Below are positions 38,145 to 47,747 of a stretch of 64,000 bases of DNA, piece by piece. The first letter of the stretch is position 1; every line of letters starts with the position of its first letter. The notes beneath the pieces were generated by a model that saw nothing but the letters and a program-made list of their open reading frames with translations, searched no databases and was not told where the DNA came from. Position numbers and translations under genes: made by a program. Source of the DNA: an uncultured Parachlamydiaceae bacterium (GTDB lineage: Bacteria > Chlamydiota > Chlamydiia > Chlamydiales > Parachlamydiaceae); contig CAVULX010000004.1 in assembly GCA_963742415.1 (NCBI GenBank), forward strand, positions 576,001 through 640,000, written 5' to 3'.

Positions 38145-40131
38145 TTATTTTTTATCGTCGTCAATGATTTCTACTTCAGCCTCTTCGATGTTATCCCCTT
38201 TATTGTCTTGCTGCTGTTGTTGTTCTTGTTGATGTGTTCCTCCACCAAAACCTTCCCCTGTCCCAGCACCGGGACCAGCATCAGCATGTGCATGAGCACC
38301 TGCGCCCGCGGCTCCTTGCTGTGCTTTGGCCATCGCTTCGCCGATGTGCTGCATGTGGCTTTCCAGCTCAGCTTTGGCTGATCTGATTTTTGCATCATCT
38401 TTCCCTTCCAACGCTTTTTTGACAGCATCGATTTTGCTTGAACGTCATCAACGACATCTTTCGGTAGTTTATCTTTATAGTCATTGAGCGCTTTCTGCGC
38501 GCGGAAGACAAGGGAATCGGCTTCATTGTGCATTTCGACTTCTTCTTTCTTTTCTTGTCCTCTTCGGCATGCAACTCAGCGTCTTTAACCATCCGTTTGA
38601 TATCATCTTCCTTGAGGCCTGATTGAGCTTCGATGCGGATCTTCTGCTCTTTGCCGGAAGCTATATCTTTGGCTGACACATGCAAAATACCGTCTGCATC
38701 GATATCAAAGGCAACTTCAATTTGCGGTATGCCACGCGGAGCCGGAGGGATATCTGTCAGGTCGAACCGTCCGATCTCTTTGTTGTCCTCCGCCATTTTG
38801 CGTTCCCCTTGGAGGACGCGGATGGTCACTGCAGGCTGATTGTCAGCCGCAGTCGAGAAGACTTGTTTTTTCTGCGTCGGAATCGTCGTGTTGCGCTCGA
38901 CTAAGGGGGTCATCACACCGCCCATGGTTTCGATGCCCAGAGTTAGCGGGATGACGTCGAGCAGCAGAACATCTTTGACAGTCCCAGATAAGACACCCCC
39001 TTGGATGGCAGCTCCGACAGCGACGACTTCATCGGGGTTGACCCCTTTATGTCCTTCTTTGCCAAAGATCTGTTTGACCATTTCTTGGACAGCAGGCATA
39101 CGGGTCATTCCGCCGACTAGGATCACTTCGCCGATATCATCTTTAGTAACTCCGGCATCTTTCAGTGCTTTTAGGCAAGGCTCGCGAGTTCGTTCGATCA
39201 GATTGTGGGTGAGGCTTTCCAGTTTAGCGCGGGTCAGGGTGAGGGCCAAGTGCTTGGGACCGGTCGCATCCATGGTGATGAACGGCTGGTTGATTTCGGT
39301 CTGCGTTGTCCCTGAGAGTTCGATCTTGGCTTTTTCGGCCGCATCGCGCAGACGTTGCAGGGCCATTTTATCTTTGCTAAGGTCGATCCCCTGCTCTCTC
39401 TGAAAAGTCTCCAAGATCCATTTCAGGATCTCGTTGTCGAAGTCGTCTCCGCCGAGATGGGTGTCGCCGTTGGTTGCAAGCACTTCAAAGACGCCATCGC
39501 CGATTTCCAGGATGGAGATATCGAAGGTACCGCCGCCCAGGTCAAAGACGGCGATTTTTTTGTCGGTTTTTTCTTTGTCCAAGCCGTAGGCTAGAGCCGC
39601 GGCGGTCGGCTCAGGGATGATCCGTTTGACATCAAGGCCTGCGATTCGGCCGGCATCTTTTGTCGATTGCCGTTGCGAGTCGTTGAAGTAGGCAGGGACG
39701 GTGATGACCGCTTCTGTGACTTTTTCACCGAGGTAGGCTTCTGCTGTTTCTTTCATCTTAATCAAAATTTGAGCAGCCACCTCTTCTGGCGTGACAATTT
39801 TGCCTTGGACTTCGAAAACAGCATTTCCATTGCTATCCGCAATGACTTTAAAGGGAACGTGTTTGATTTCAGAAAGCACTTCTGAATACTTGCGTCCGAT
39901 AAACCGTTTGGAAGAGAAAATGGTGTTTTCAGGATTGGTGACAGCCTGGCGTTTCGCAGGAATGCCGACTAGCCGTTCATTCCCTTTGTAGGCTACAACT
40001 GAAGGGGTTGTGCGGGACCCTTCGGCATTGGCGATCACTTTGGGTTGTCCCCCTTCCATGACTGCGACGCAGGAGTTTGTTGTGCCCAAGTCGATGCCAA
40101 TAATTTTTCCTTTCTTTTGATTTTGAGACAT
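38145..40131 (-). CDS. dnaK: Chaperone DnaK (split over three ORFs by two 1-nt deletions in A runs)
   Basis: Canonical DnaK from GIDLGTTNS to [13 protein letters not shown]; frame restored by adding one A near 38547 and one near 38434. Confidence 0.95.
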
Positions 40132-40144
40132 AGCTTATAACTCC

Positions 40145-40804
40145 TTAATTTTTACTATTGGATTGTTTTTCCATGTTTTTATCTTTGTCTTCATTTGAAC
40201 CTTCTTCTTTTTTTGAAGGAATAGCTTTTGCCACTTTCACCTTGGCTGGCCGGATAGTCCTGTTGTTCATTTTATACCCTCGCAACGTCTCAGCTACAAT
40301 AGTTCCGGGAGAGTATTCATTGGTCGAGACCATCTCGATGGCTTCATGCTTTAGGGGGTCAAAGTGAGCTCCTTCCGACTCAAACGGCATAGCTCCGTTA
40401 TTGGATAAGACCTCCTTAAATTGATTGAGAATCATCTGGAAACCTATAGCCCAATGCTTTACGTCATCTGAAGCCTGCTGAGTAAATTGGAGGGCATTTT
40501 CTAGATGATCGATAGGATTTAAGAAATCGACCAGGATATTCTGAAGCGCATATTGAATTAACTCTTGCCGTTCTTTTTGCATCCTTTTGCGTGCATTTTC
40601 AGCTTCCGCTAAGGCACGCTGATATTTGTCTTTGCACTCGGCAATGTCTTTCTTTAGCTGATCCAATTCGATATCGGTAATCGTAATAGAAATAGGCTGC
40701 CGCTGAGGAGTTTGAGGGGATACGGGCACTTCCGGTACAGGTTGTTCTCTCGCATCTATTTCAGGTTCATCGTTAGGTTTATTAGGACTATCGGCTTCTG
40801 CCAT
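40145..40804 (-). CDS. grpE: Nucleotide exchange factor GrpE
   Basis: AE-ENARKR, FDPLKHEA, GYKMN-R-IRPAKVKV. Confidence 0.96.
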   Translation of the reverse strand: MAEADSPNKPNDEPEIDAREQPVPEVPVSPQTPQRQPISITITDIELDQLKKDIAECKDKYQRALAEAENARKRMQKERQELIQYALQNILVDFLNPIDHLENALQFTQQASDDVKHWAIGFQMILNQFKEVLSNNGAMPFESEGAHFDPLKHEAIEMVSTNEYSPGTIVAETLRGYKMNNRTIRPAKVKVAKAIPSKKEEGSNEDKDKNMEKQSNSKN

Positions 40805-40823
40805 TTTAAGTTCTCCTTCTTAT

Positions 40824-41975
40824 TTATAAGCGTTTATCTTCCAGCAACATTAAACGGGATTGCCCAAGTAGGCGGTGTTCCTCTTTTTGAAGGTAAGGCG
40901 AACCTGTTTGCGGTTGCCGGAAGCTGATCTTGTGTTTAAAAATATTACGTGTTAATGCAAAGCTAATGTTTTCTGAAAACGAGCGTAACACTCCAAAAAG
41001 TTCCCGATACGGCATTCGCATCGTTCCCAATAATCCAACGGCGCCGGCAGGTTGTTGGTTAATATAGTAGGGGATCGCAATGACAGTGCAAGCGGGTGTT
41101 TCTTTTGTGAATGTTGTCAAATCATCTTCAATCCAAAACTTCAAGTGATTGTTTGCCAGGCAATCTTTCAATAAAAGGCGCATGCTATGGGCGTTTTCAA
41201 ATAAAGCCAAACTTCCTGCAAGCATGATCGGATTTTGAAACTCAGGATAACTCAATAATTTTGAAAAGCCGGTGCGATGGATCTCTTCATCGGTGAAATT
41301 CGAGTACCCTACAATGTAGCGTACCATTAGCTCATTGTAATATTTTTGGGCTAATTTTTCCTCTTCAATATCCAAATTCTCAGGCTTATCATTTCCCGTA
41401 AGCCGCCAATGGAAGTAAGACTCTAACCGCTTTGCTGCAAAAGCGGTCAATTTTTTTTCAGTCGACATGATTTCAGTTTGGATAACCCCAAAATCTGTGA
41501 TGATGATACAGAGGCAGCGGACCGGATCAACGGGCACCAGCTTTAATCCAATGACAAAGTCGTGGTCAAATCGAGGAGCCGATAGGAAAACAGCCGAATT
41601 GGACATATGGCTCAACGTTTCAGCAGCATTTTGTAAGAAAGCGGCAATTTCCCTTGTTTCTGTATTTCGCAGGTTGTCGAGAAGCGTTTTATCATGAGGA
41701 AATGGGAATGAGTCAGTAGTAATGTATTCTTGGGCATAAACGCGATAAGCTTTAGCAGTCGGGATCCGTCCTCCAGAAGAATGTTGCTGGGAAAGATACC
41801 CTTCGTCTTCGAGATGCGCGAAATAATTGCGGATCGTTGCTGAACTCAAATCTCCAAAACCAGCTTCCTTTAAGGTATTTGATCCCACAGGTCTTCCGGT
41901 TTTGAGGTAATATTCAACCAATCCCAAAAGGATGTTCCGTTCCCTTTCTTGTTTAGAAGTTTTCTTTGGTATCAT
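40824..41975 (-). CDS. hrcA: Heat-inducible transcription repressor HrcA
   Basis: PVGS, LSSATIRN, H-SGGRIPT, G-LGTMRM-Y. Confidence 0.96.
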   Translation of the reverse strand: MIPKKTSKQERERNILLGLVEYYLKTGRPVGSNTLKEAGFGDLSSATIRNYFAHLEDEGYLSQQHSSGGRIPTAKAYRVYAQEYITTDSFPFPHDKTLLDNLRNTETREIAAFLQNAAETLSHMSNSAVFLSAPRFDHDFVIGLKLVPVDPVRCLCIIITDFGVIQTEIMSTEKKLTAFAAKRLESYFHWRLTGNDKPENLDIEEEKLAQKYYNELMVRYIVGYSNFTDEEIHRTGFSKLLSYPEFQNPIMLAGSLALFENAHSMRLLLKDCLANNHLKFWIEDDLTTFTKETPACTVIAIPYYINQQPAGAVGLLGTMRMPYRELFGVLRSFSENISFALTRNIFKHKISFRQPQTGSPYLQKEEHRLLGQSRLMLLEDKRL

Positions 41976-42004
41976 AGGTATTTTTAGAAAGCTCTTTTAT
42001 TTTC

Positions 42005-42034
42005 ATTATAGAGAAAAAAAGAGATTTCGCACAA
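42005..42034 (-). promoter_or_regulatory. Probable promoter of hrcA-grpE-dnaK
   Basis: Minus strand TTGTGC-18 bp-TATAAT, 30 bp upstream of the hrcA ATG. Confidence 0.55.
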
Positions 42035-42040
42035 GAAAAT

Positions 42041-42067
42041 TCAGCACTTGATGAGGTTGAGTGCTAA
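42041..42067 (-). promoter_or_regulatory. CIRCE operator (HrcA site)
   Basis: Minus strand TTAGCACTC-AACCTCATC-AAGTGCTGA versus consensus TTAGCACTC-N9-GAGTGCTAA, directly upstream of hrcA. Confidence 0.88.
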
Positions 42068-43063
42068 CTTCTTTAATTTATCTGGGCGCTTTTCAAAATT
42101 AACGCCCTCTATTTTGATAACTTGCTGCTTTCGGGAAGATAATCCCCAGGCGTAAGTTCTATCATAATAATAGAGGATATTTCGAAATGCCTCTTTAAGT
42201 TGGCCCGCTTGGATAAGCTTAATGATTTCCCCAGTTTGCTGCCCCCCTAACCGTCGAGATAACCGTTCGGTTGCTATAATTAAATCTCTTAGAGGAATAT
42301 GGCCATATTCTAACAATAAACGGTTGAGTCTTTCTTCCAAAGGGGAGTCAATAAAAACAACCTTGGCAGAGCGGATAAACTGATAGATCGGATCGGGAAT
42401 TTTGCACCTGCCTATCATCCGGCTTTCATCCTCTATCCACAGAGGTAGCAAAGGGTCCGCTGCCGCCCATAACACGGCTAATTCGTTTTCAAATTGTTCC
42501 ACAGTTGGTTGGGGAGGTTGACCCAGCATCCCGTAAGTGCTCCCCCGATGGTGTGCAAGTGATTCCAAATCAATCACTTGCTCCCCTTTTTCTTGAAGTT
42601 CATGCAATAAGGCCGTTTTCCCGCTTCCCGTAGCACCCCCTAGGACGATCAAAGAACGAGGCTGCTTTAACACATTCAATGCCCAACGACGGAAAGTTTT
42701 ATACCCGCCGCGCAGGGTTACTGATTTAATCCCTGCTGTATTCAAAAGCCAAGCCATCGCCTCGCTGCGCATCCCTCCTCGCCAGCAATAGATTTTTGCA
42801 CAGCTAGTCTCCATCCTCTGCTTAGCCGTGACCACAAAATCGGCAAATTTAGGTCCTGCAAAACGGAGCCCTTGCTCGATGGCTGCTTCTTTTCCTGAGT
42901 GCTTATAAAGAGTTCCGACAATCGAACGTTCTTGATCATCGAAAAGAGGGAGGTTTAAAACTCCGGGTATCCTCCCTTGGGCAAATTCACCCGGACTTCG
43001 AACATCGAATGTTGTACCAGTCAAATCCAAAAAGTCTGAAAGCTCAAGAGATGCAGCGGCCAT
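42041..43063 (-). CDS. mnmH: tRNA 2-selenouridine synthase (SelU/MnmH)
   Basis: Rhodanese DVRSPGEF, YCWRGGMRS, GGYK; P-loop GATGSGKT; DLE-LAHHRGS; EDESR-IG. Confidence 0.92.
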   Translation of the reverse strand: MAAASLELSDFLDLTGTTFDVRSPGEFAQGRIPGVLNLPLFDDQERSIVGTLYKHSGKEAAIEQGLRFAGPKFADFVVTAKQRMETSCAKIYCWRGGMRSEAMAWLLNTAGIKSVTLRGGYKTFRRWALNVLKQPRSLIVLGGATGSGKTALLHELQEKGEQVIDLESLAHHRGSTYGMLGQPPQPTVEQFENELAVLWAAADPLLPLWIEDESRMIGRCKIPDPIYQFIRSAKVVFIDSPLEERLNRLLLEYGHIPLRDLIIATERLSRRLGGQQTGEIIKLIQAGQLKEAFRNILYYYDRTYAWGLSSRKQQVIKIEGVNFEKRPDKLKKLALNLIKC

Positions 43064-43075
43064 AATTAGAGTTTT

Positions 43076-44359
43076 TTAAGCGGAGGGTAAAAGGACCGTT
43101 TTGCCATCCAGATATTTTTGAAGGACAGTGGGAACATTGACAGACCCGTCACTATTTTGGTTGTTTTCGATTAAGCTAACCATGAGCCGGGAAGTTGCCA
43201 ACCCTGAACCGTTAAGGGTGTGAACATATTCTGGTTTTTCCTCTTTTTTAGGCCTGTAGCGAATGTTGGCGCGCCGGGCTTGGTAGTCGGTGCAATTGGA
43301 AACAGAAGAAACTTCATAATACCGATTTTGCCCCGGCAGCCAGACCTCGATGTCGACAGTCCTTGCCGATGCAAAAGACATGTCGCCTGTGACGAGTAAG
43401 ACATTCCTATAATGCATATTGAGCCCTTGGAGTATCTCTTCAGCACTATTTAACATCTGCTCGAATATTTTCGGACTATCCTCAGGCAATGCGAAACAGA
43501 ACATCTCAACTTTATTAAATTGATGAATCCTGATGAGCCCCCGTTCCTGGGCGCCTGCAGCCCCAGCTTCCCGCCGGAAACAGGGAGTGTAAGCGGTGTA
43601 TTTTATAGGAAGCTGTTCGATCGGAAGAATTTCATTGGCATGGAGTCCGTTAAGGGGAACCTCAGCTGTCGGAATGAGATAAAGATGAAAGTCCTCATCG
43701 TGTATTCTAAATTGTTGGTTATCAAATTTCGGCAGTTGACCCGAATCGAACATTATTTCACGGCGGCAAAGGAGCGGGGGCATGATTTGCTCAAAGCCAT
43801 TTTTTACCTGGATCTCCATCATGTAATTTAAGAGGGCCCATTCTAAACGGGCGCCCCATCCCCGATAAATCGGAAATCCTGCCCCCGCAAGCTTGGCGCC
43901 CCGTTTGAAGTCAAAAAGATTGAGCTTTTCATTCAACTCGACATGATTTTTAAAAGGAAAATCGAATGTGGGTTTTTGCCCAAATTCTTTAATTACAACG
44001 TTATCTTTAGGATCCTGAGAATCTTTGATATCATCCATTGGAATGTTGGGAATTTTGGCTAGTTCATTAATGAACATCTCCTCAAACGTTGTGATCTGGT
44101 GATCAAGGGAATGAATTTCATCGGCCCAGGCAGCGACTTTTTCCATGATCTGGCTGGCGTCTTTGCCTTGCCGTTTAAGTTCCCCAATTTGTTGAGAATG
44201 CTCGTTTCTAGCGGCTTTAAGTTGTTCCACTTTAGTCTTAAATTCCCGTATTTGTTGATCCAGGTCAACAATAGGTTGTAAAGTGATCTGAGGATCTTTT
44301 TTTTTAAGCTTTGCTTCGATACCGGCATAATCTTTCCGGATCAATTTGATGTCGATCAT
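43076..44359 (-). CDS. serS: Serine--tRNA ligase
   Basis: LIPTAEVP, CFRREAG, HQFNKVE, SNCTDYQARR, TLNGSGLA. Confidence 0.97.
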   Translation of the reverse strand: MIDIKLIRKDYAGIEAKLKKKDPQITLQPIVDLDQQIREFKTKVEQLKAARNEHSQQIGELKRQGKDASQIMEKVAAWADEIHSLDHQITTFEEMFINELAKIPNIPMDDIKDSQDPKDNVVIKEFGQKPTFDFPFKNHVELNEKLNLFDFKRGAKLAGAGFPIYRGWGARLEWALLNYMMEIQVKNGFEQIMPPLLCRREIMFDSGQLPKFDNQQFRIHDEDFHLYLIPTAEVPLNGLHANEILPIEQLPIKYTAYTPCFRREAGAAGAQERGLIRIHQFNKVEMFCFALPEDSPKIFEQMLNSAEEILQGLNMHYRNVLLVTGDMSFASARTVDIEVWLPGQNRYYEVSSVSNCTDYQARRANIRYRPKKEEKPEYVHTLNGSGLATSRLMVSLIENNQNSDGSVNVPTVLQKYLDGKTVLLPSA

Positions 44360-44450
44360 GGGAATATTCCTTCACTTCATAAAAGTTAACGTTAATCGTA
44401 AGGAAAATATACGCAAATGGGAAAAAAAATGTAAGAAAATCTGAAAATGC

Positions 44451-44500
44451 ATAGTATTAATAACCACTGAACTCACTGGCTCAGTGGTTATTAATACTAT
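44451..44500. terminator. Perfect 20-bp-arm hairpin, probable terminator; possible minimal relative of the palindrome family
   Basis: ATAGTATTAATAACCACTGA-actcactggc-TCAGTGGTTATTAATACTAT. Confidence 0.7.
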
Positions 44501-44509
44501 TATTTGCAA

Positions 44510-44869
44510 TTAGTCAGGAATATTTCTGTAATAATAATTTTTACCACGGTCAGAGCTTCCTCGATAGTAATAATCGTTTCCGGGTTCATTGCTATTGTAA
44601 TCTCCGCTGGGATAGTACACTCTGTAATAATTTTGCCCCCGATCGGAATCTCCTCTGTAATAATAATCGTTTCCGGGTTCATTGCTATTGTAGTCTCTTA
44701 CAGGATAATATTGACTATCATAATTTTGGCCCCGATCTGTATCACCCCAATAATAGTAATCGTTCCCTGGTTCGTTACTGTTGTAATCTCGGTATTCTGC
44801 TAATGCATACTCGCTAGAAACAAAGCATAAGCCAATCACCATGAAGCCTATTAAATCTTTTTTAATCAT
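44510..44869 (-). CDS. Secreted Tyr-rich protein made of three 31-aa repeats
   Basis: GGAG RBS; signal peptide ending ALA; 3 x (R/G)DYNSNEPGNDYYY-G--DRG-NY. Confidence 0.75.
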   Translation of the reverse strand: MIKKDLIGFMVIGLCFVSSEYALAEYRDYNSNEPGNDYYYWGDTDRGQNYDSQYYPVRDYNSNEPGNDYYYRGDSDRGQNYYRVYYPSGDYNSNEPGNDYYYRGSSDRGKNYYYRNIPD

Positions 44870-45116
44870 CCTTTCACTCCTTCATGTAGGTTATTTGTAA
44901 ATATCTTTTCTATCCCCTATTTCCAAAAACGATAAGCTTGGTGTCTTGAACGCCTCTCAATCTATAAGTTTGCACAAATGATTTTTTGAGTAAATGAGCA
45001 AACATAGTTTTTATTCAAAAAAAGTATAAAAACAAAATATGTATATACTTATTATTTGGAAATATTATATCTCGCAATATAGGGCTAACATTCAAATTTA
45101 ATAGTGAGGAAAAGCT

Positions 45117-45296
45117 ATGAACAAATATGGACCAAAAGCTCAAAAATCTGTGGAACAGGCAATGCATAAAATGCAAAAGGGGACTCTAAAATCGGGAAAG
45201 AGCCATCAAAAAGTTACGAATAGAAAGCAAGCTATTGCCATAGGCTTATCAGAAGCTAGAAAAAAGGGTGCCAAAGTCCCTAAAAAGGGTGTCTAG
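45117..45296 (+). CDS. Small basic protein, DUF6496-like (59 aa)
   Basis: GAGG RBS; MNKYGPKAQKSVEQAMHKMQKGTLKSGKSHQKVTNRKQAIAIGLSEARKKGAKVPKKGV by manual translation; below the ORF-track cutoff. Confidence 0.85.
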   Translation: MNKYGPKAQKSVEQAMHKMQKGTLKSGKSHQKVTNRKQAIAIGLSEARKKGAKVPKKGV

Positions 45297-45313
45297 ACTA
45301 GATATTTCGGCCT

Positions 45314-47728
45314 TTATTCCAGCCTTTTCAATTTGTCTAAGACAACTTTAAGGTTTACCCCTTTTTTCAACACCGGCTTAAATATGTCTCCGATCTCTTT
45401 TAAGCGGTCAGGCATGGTGTTAATATTAAAATTATTGGGATCCAACTTCTTATTGACTTCTTGCCAATGTAAAGGGGTCGACACAAGTGCATGGGGACGG
45501 GGGCGCACACAATACGGAGCAACCACTGTTTGTCCAGAACGATTTTGCAAACAGTCGAGGTAGACCTTTTTTTGTCTTTTGCCAGGATCTCTTTCCATCG
45601 AAGTGATCCGCGGGAGTTGCTTGTGAATGCAAAGAGCGATCAACTCAGCAAATTGCCTCGACTGATCAAAGTCGTATTTCCCTTGAAGGGGAATATAAAT
45701 GTGCAATCCATTGCCTCCGGAAGTTTTACAGTAATGAGCGGCCTTGATTTCATCCAAAATGTGGTGTGCCGTCAAAGCAGTCTCAATCACATCGTCGAAT
45801 GGAACCCCATGGGGATCTAAATCGATCACACAATAATCGGGGTATGCAAGGTTTTTATACCGGGAAATAAAAGGATGCAGGTCGATGCTTCCCAGGTTTA
45901 CCGCATAGAGCAAGCTTCGTACATCAGGTATAAAAAGGTAATGATCCACTTTTCCCTCATGCTGAATGGGATAGGTCTTTATCCAGTCCGGGTGGGTGTG
46001 GTTGAGATCCTTTTGATAAAAATCCTTCCCTTCGATCCCATTGGGAAAGCGGTGCAGCATGATGGGGCGATCTTTCAAATAGGGGAGAATCATGGAAGCA
46101 ACACTTTCATAATAATGGAGCAAATCTCCTTTTGTGTATTTTTCCTTAGGCCAATATAACTTGTCCAAATTTGTCAAAGATAGTTTAGAAATTTTTTTAA
46201 AGCCGGTTTTCTTATCCTCAATAGGGGCTGAATGAAGCGCCTCTTTGGTGACCGATTGCGGGTGTTTGTCAATTCTAAGGCCATAAAAAATGGGATGCCG
46301 CATGATATTCTCCTGGGTCCATTCGGTAAAAGAAACTTCACAAACAAGCTTAGGCTTAACCCATGTTACAGGCGCGTTGGGTTTTGGAGTCTTCTCAAAA
46401 GGGGAAGCCTTCTGAATAAGGGGTTTCAATTTGTCATGGACGGCTTGTAATAGCTTCACATCGAAGCCTCCTCCCACATGACCAGCATACACCAATTGTT
46501 TTTTTTCATTATAAACCCCCACAAGCAGCGCCCCAAAATTTTTACGGGATCCTCTCGGTGCAGTGAACCCGCCGATGACCACTTCTTGCCTCAAAATTGT
46601 TTTAATTTTCACCCATTCGCGGCTTCGCTTGGATTGGTAGGAACTTGCGAGCTTTTTCCCAATAATTCCTTCTAGATGAGCTTTTAAAGCCTCTTTAAAA
46701 AAAGGTTTTCCTTCGGTGATGACATGGTCGCTAAAGCGGATCAAAGGTAGAGCCAAGTCTTTGAGGTACTGTTTTAAAATTTTTTTTCGCTCAATCAGAG
46801 GGAGCTGCCTTAAATCGTAGCCATCTTTATAAAGAAGATCAAAAACATAGTAAAATAAAGCTCCCTTGCCCTCTTTTTGATAATTTTGCATCAATTGAAA
46901 TTGCGATTTCCCTTTGGGATCCAAGACGACAAGTTCCCCGTCAAAAATAGCCTGGCCTTTGATTTGTTCCAGATCTTGCACAACTAAAGGAAATTTTTTA
47001 TTCCAAGACTGCTTTGTGCGCGATTTCAATTGAACTGCTTCATGATTAATAAAAGCCAATGCCCTGTATCCATCCCACTTAATTTCAAAAAGCCAATCTT
47101 CACTATTGAAGGGTTCATCGACCGAAGTGGCTAACATCGGTGGTATAAATTCAGCCATTTTTCGCTTTATGGCCCCAACGGGTTTAGATAGGGGATTGCC
47201 GGCCATTTTTGTTTTTCCTGGTTTCGCATAGGGATCCTCTTTTTTAATTAAAAGCCACGATTTATCTTTGGGATCCTTCTTCAATTTTTGAAAAACAAAC
47301 TCCCCTTCAAGTTTTTCCCCCCTTAGAATAACGGCAAAATGCCCCTTTTTTAAGCCTTCAGTGAGGTATTTTTCGATCCCTTTTCTTGTACTAGCTTCAG
47401 GTGTAGTGTAGGTGCCCCGATCCCAAATTTCGACGGTGCCGGCTCCGTAACTTCCTTTGGGAATAGTTCCCTCAAAATATTGATAATCAAGGGGATGATC
47501 CTCAACATGGACGGCTAATCGCTTATCGTGAGGATCCAAAGAAGGTCCTTTGGGAATAGCCCAGCTTAGCAGTATCCCTTGATATTCCAATCGAAAATCG
47601 TAATGTAAATGACGAGCAGCGTGCCTTTGGACGCAAAAATTCAAACCATCATGAAGATGGGGTTTTCCCTTGGAAGGCTCAGGGGATTTTTTTAATTTTC
47701 GTTTTGTTTGATATTCTTTAAGACTCAT
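45314..47728 (-). CDS. ligD: NHEJ DNA ligase D (phosphoesterase-ligase-polymerase)
   Basis: HAARHLHYDFRLE, EIKWDGYR, EGIIGK, DLDP, KTSGGNGLH. Confidence 0.96.
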   Translation of the reverse strand: MSLKEYQTKRKLKKSPEPSKGKPHLHDGLNFCVQRHAARHLHYDFRLEYQGILLSWAIPKGPSLDPHDKRLAVHVEDHPLDYQYFEGTIPKGSYGAGTVEIWDRGTYTTPEASTRKGIEKYLTEGLKKGHFAVILRGEKLEGEFVFQKLKKDPKDKSWLLIKKEDPYAKPGKTKMAGNPLSKPVGAIKRKMAEFIPPMLATSVDEPFNSEDWLFEIKWDGYRALAFINHEAVQLKSRTKQSWNKKFPLVVQDLEQIKGQAIFDGELVVLDPKGKSQFQLMQNYQKEGKGALFYYVFDLLYKDGYDLRQLPLIERKKILKQYLKDLALPLIRFSDHVITEGKPFFKEALKAHLEGIIGKKLASSYQSKRSREWVKIKTILRQEVVIGGFTAPRGSRKNFGALLVGVYNEKKQLVYAGHVGGGFDVKLLQAVHDKLKPLIQKASPFEKTPKPNAPVTWVKPKLVCEVSFTEWTQENIMRHPIFYGLRIDKHPQSVTKEALHSAPIEDKKTGFKKISKLSLTNLDKLYWPKEKYTKGDLLHYYESVASMILPYLKDRPIMLHRFPNGIEGKDFYQKDLNHTHPDWIKTYPIQHEGKVDHYLFIPDVRSLLYAVNLGSIDLHPFISRYKNLAYPDYCVIDLDPHGVPFDDVIETALTAHHILDEIKAAHYCKTSGGNGLHIYIPLQGKYDFDQSRQFAELIALCIHKQLPRITSMERDPGKRQKKVYLDCLQNRSGQTVVAPYCVRPRPHALVSTPLHWQEVNKKLDPNNFNINTMPDRLKEIGDIFKPVLKKGVNLKVVLDKLKRLE

Positions 47729-47747
47729 GAGCAGGTTTTTAAGACCA

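Noticed and set aside
38145..38533. Separate small genes, or a dnaK pseudogene
   Set aside because: They are the DnaK C-terminus in shifted frames; homopolymer errors are the simplest explanation
38633..39991. Long + strand ORFs opposite dnaK
   Set aside because: Antisense shadow ORFs, well known for dnaK
44510..44790. 93-bp repeats as a CRISPR array
   Set aside because: In-frame coding repeats behind a signal peptide; the intervening parts are similar to each other
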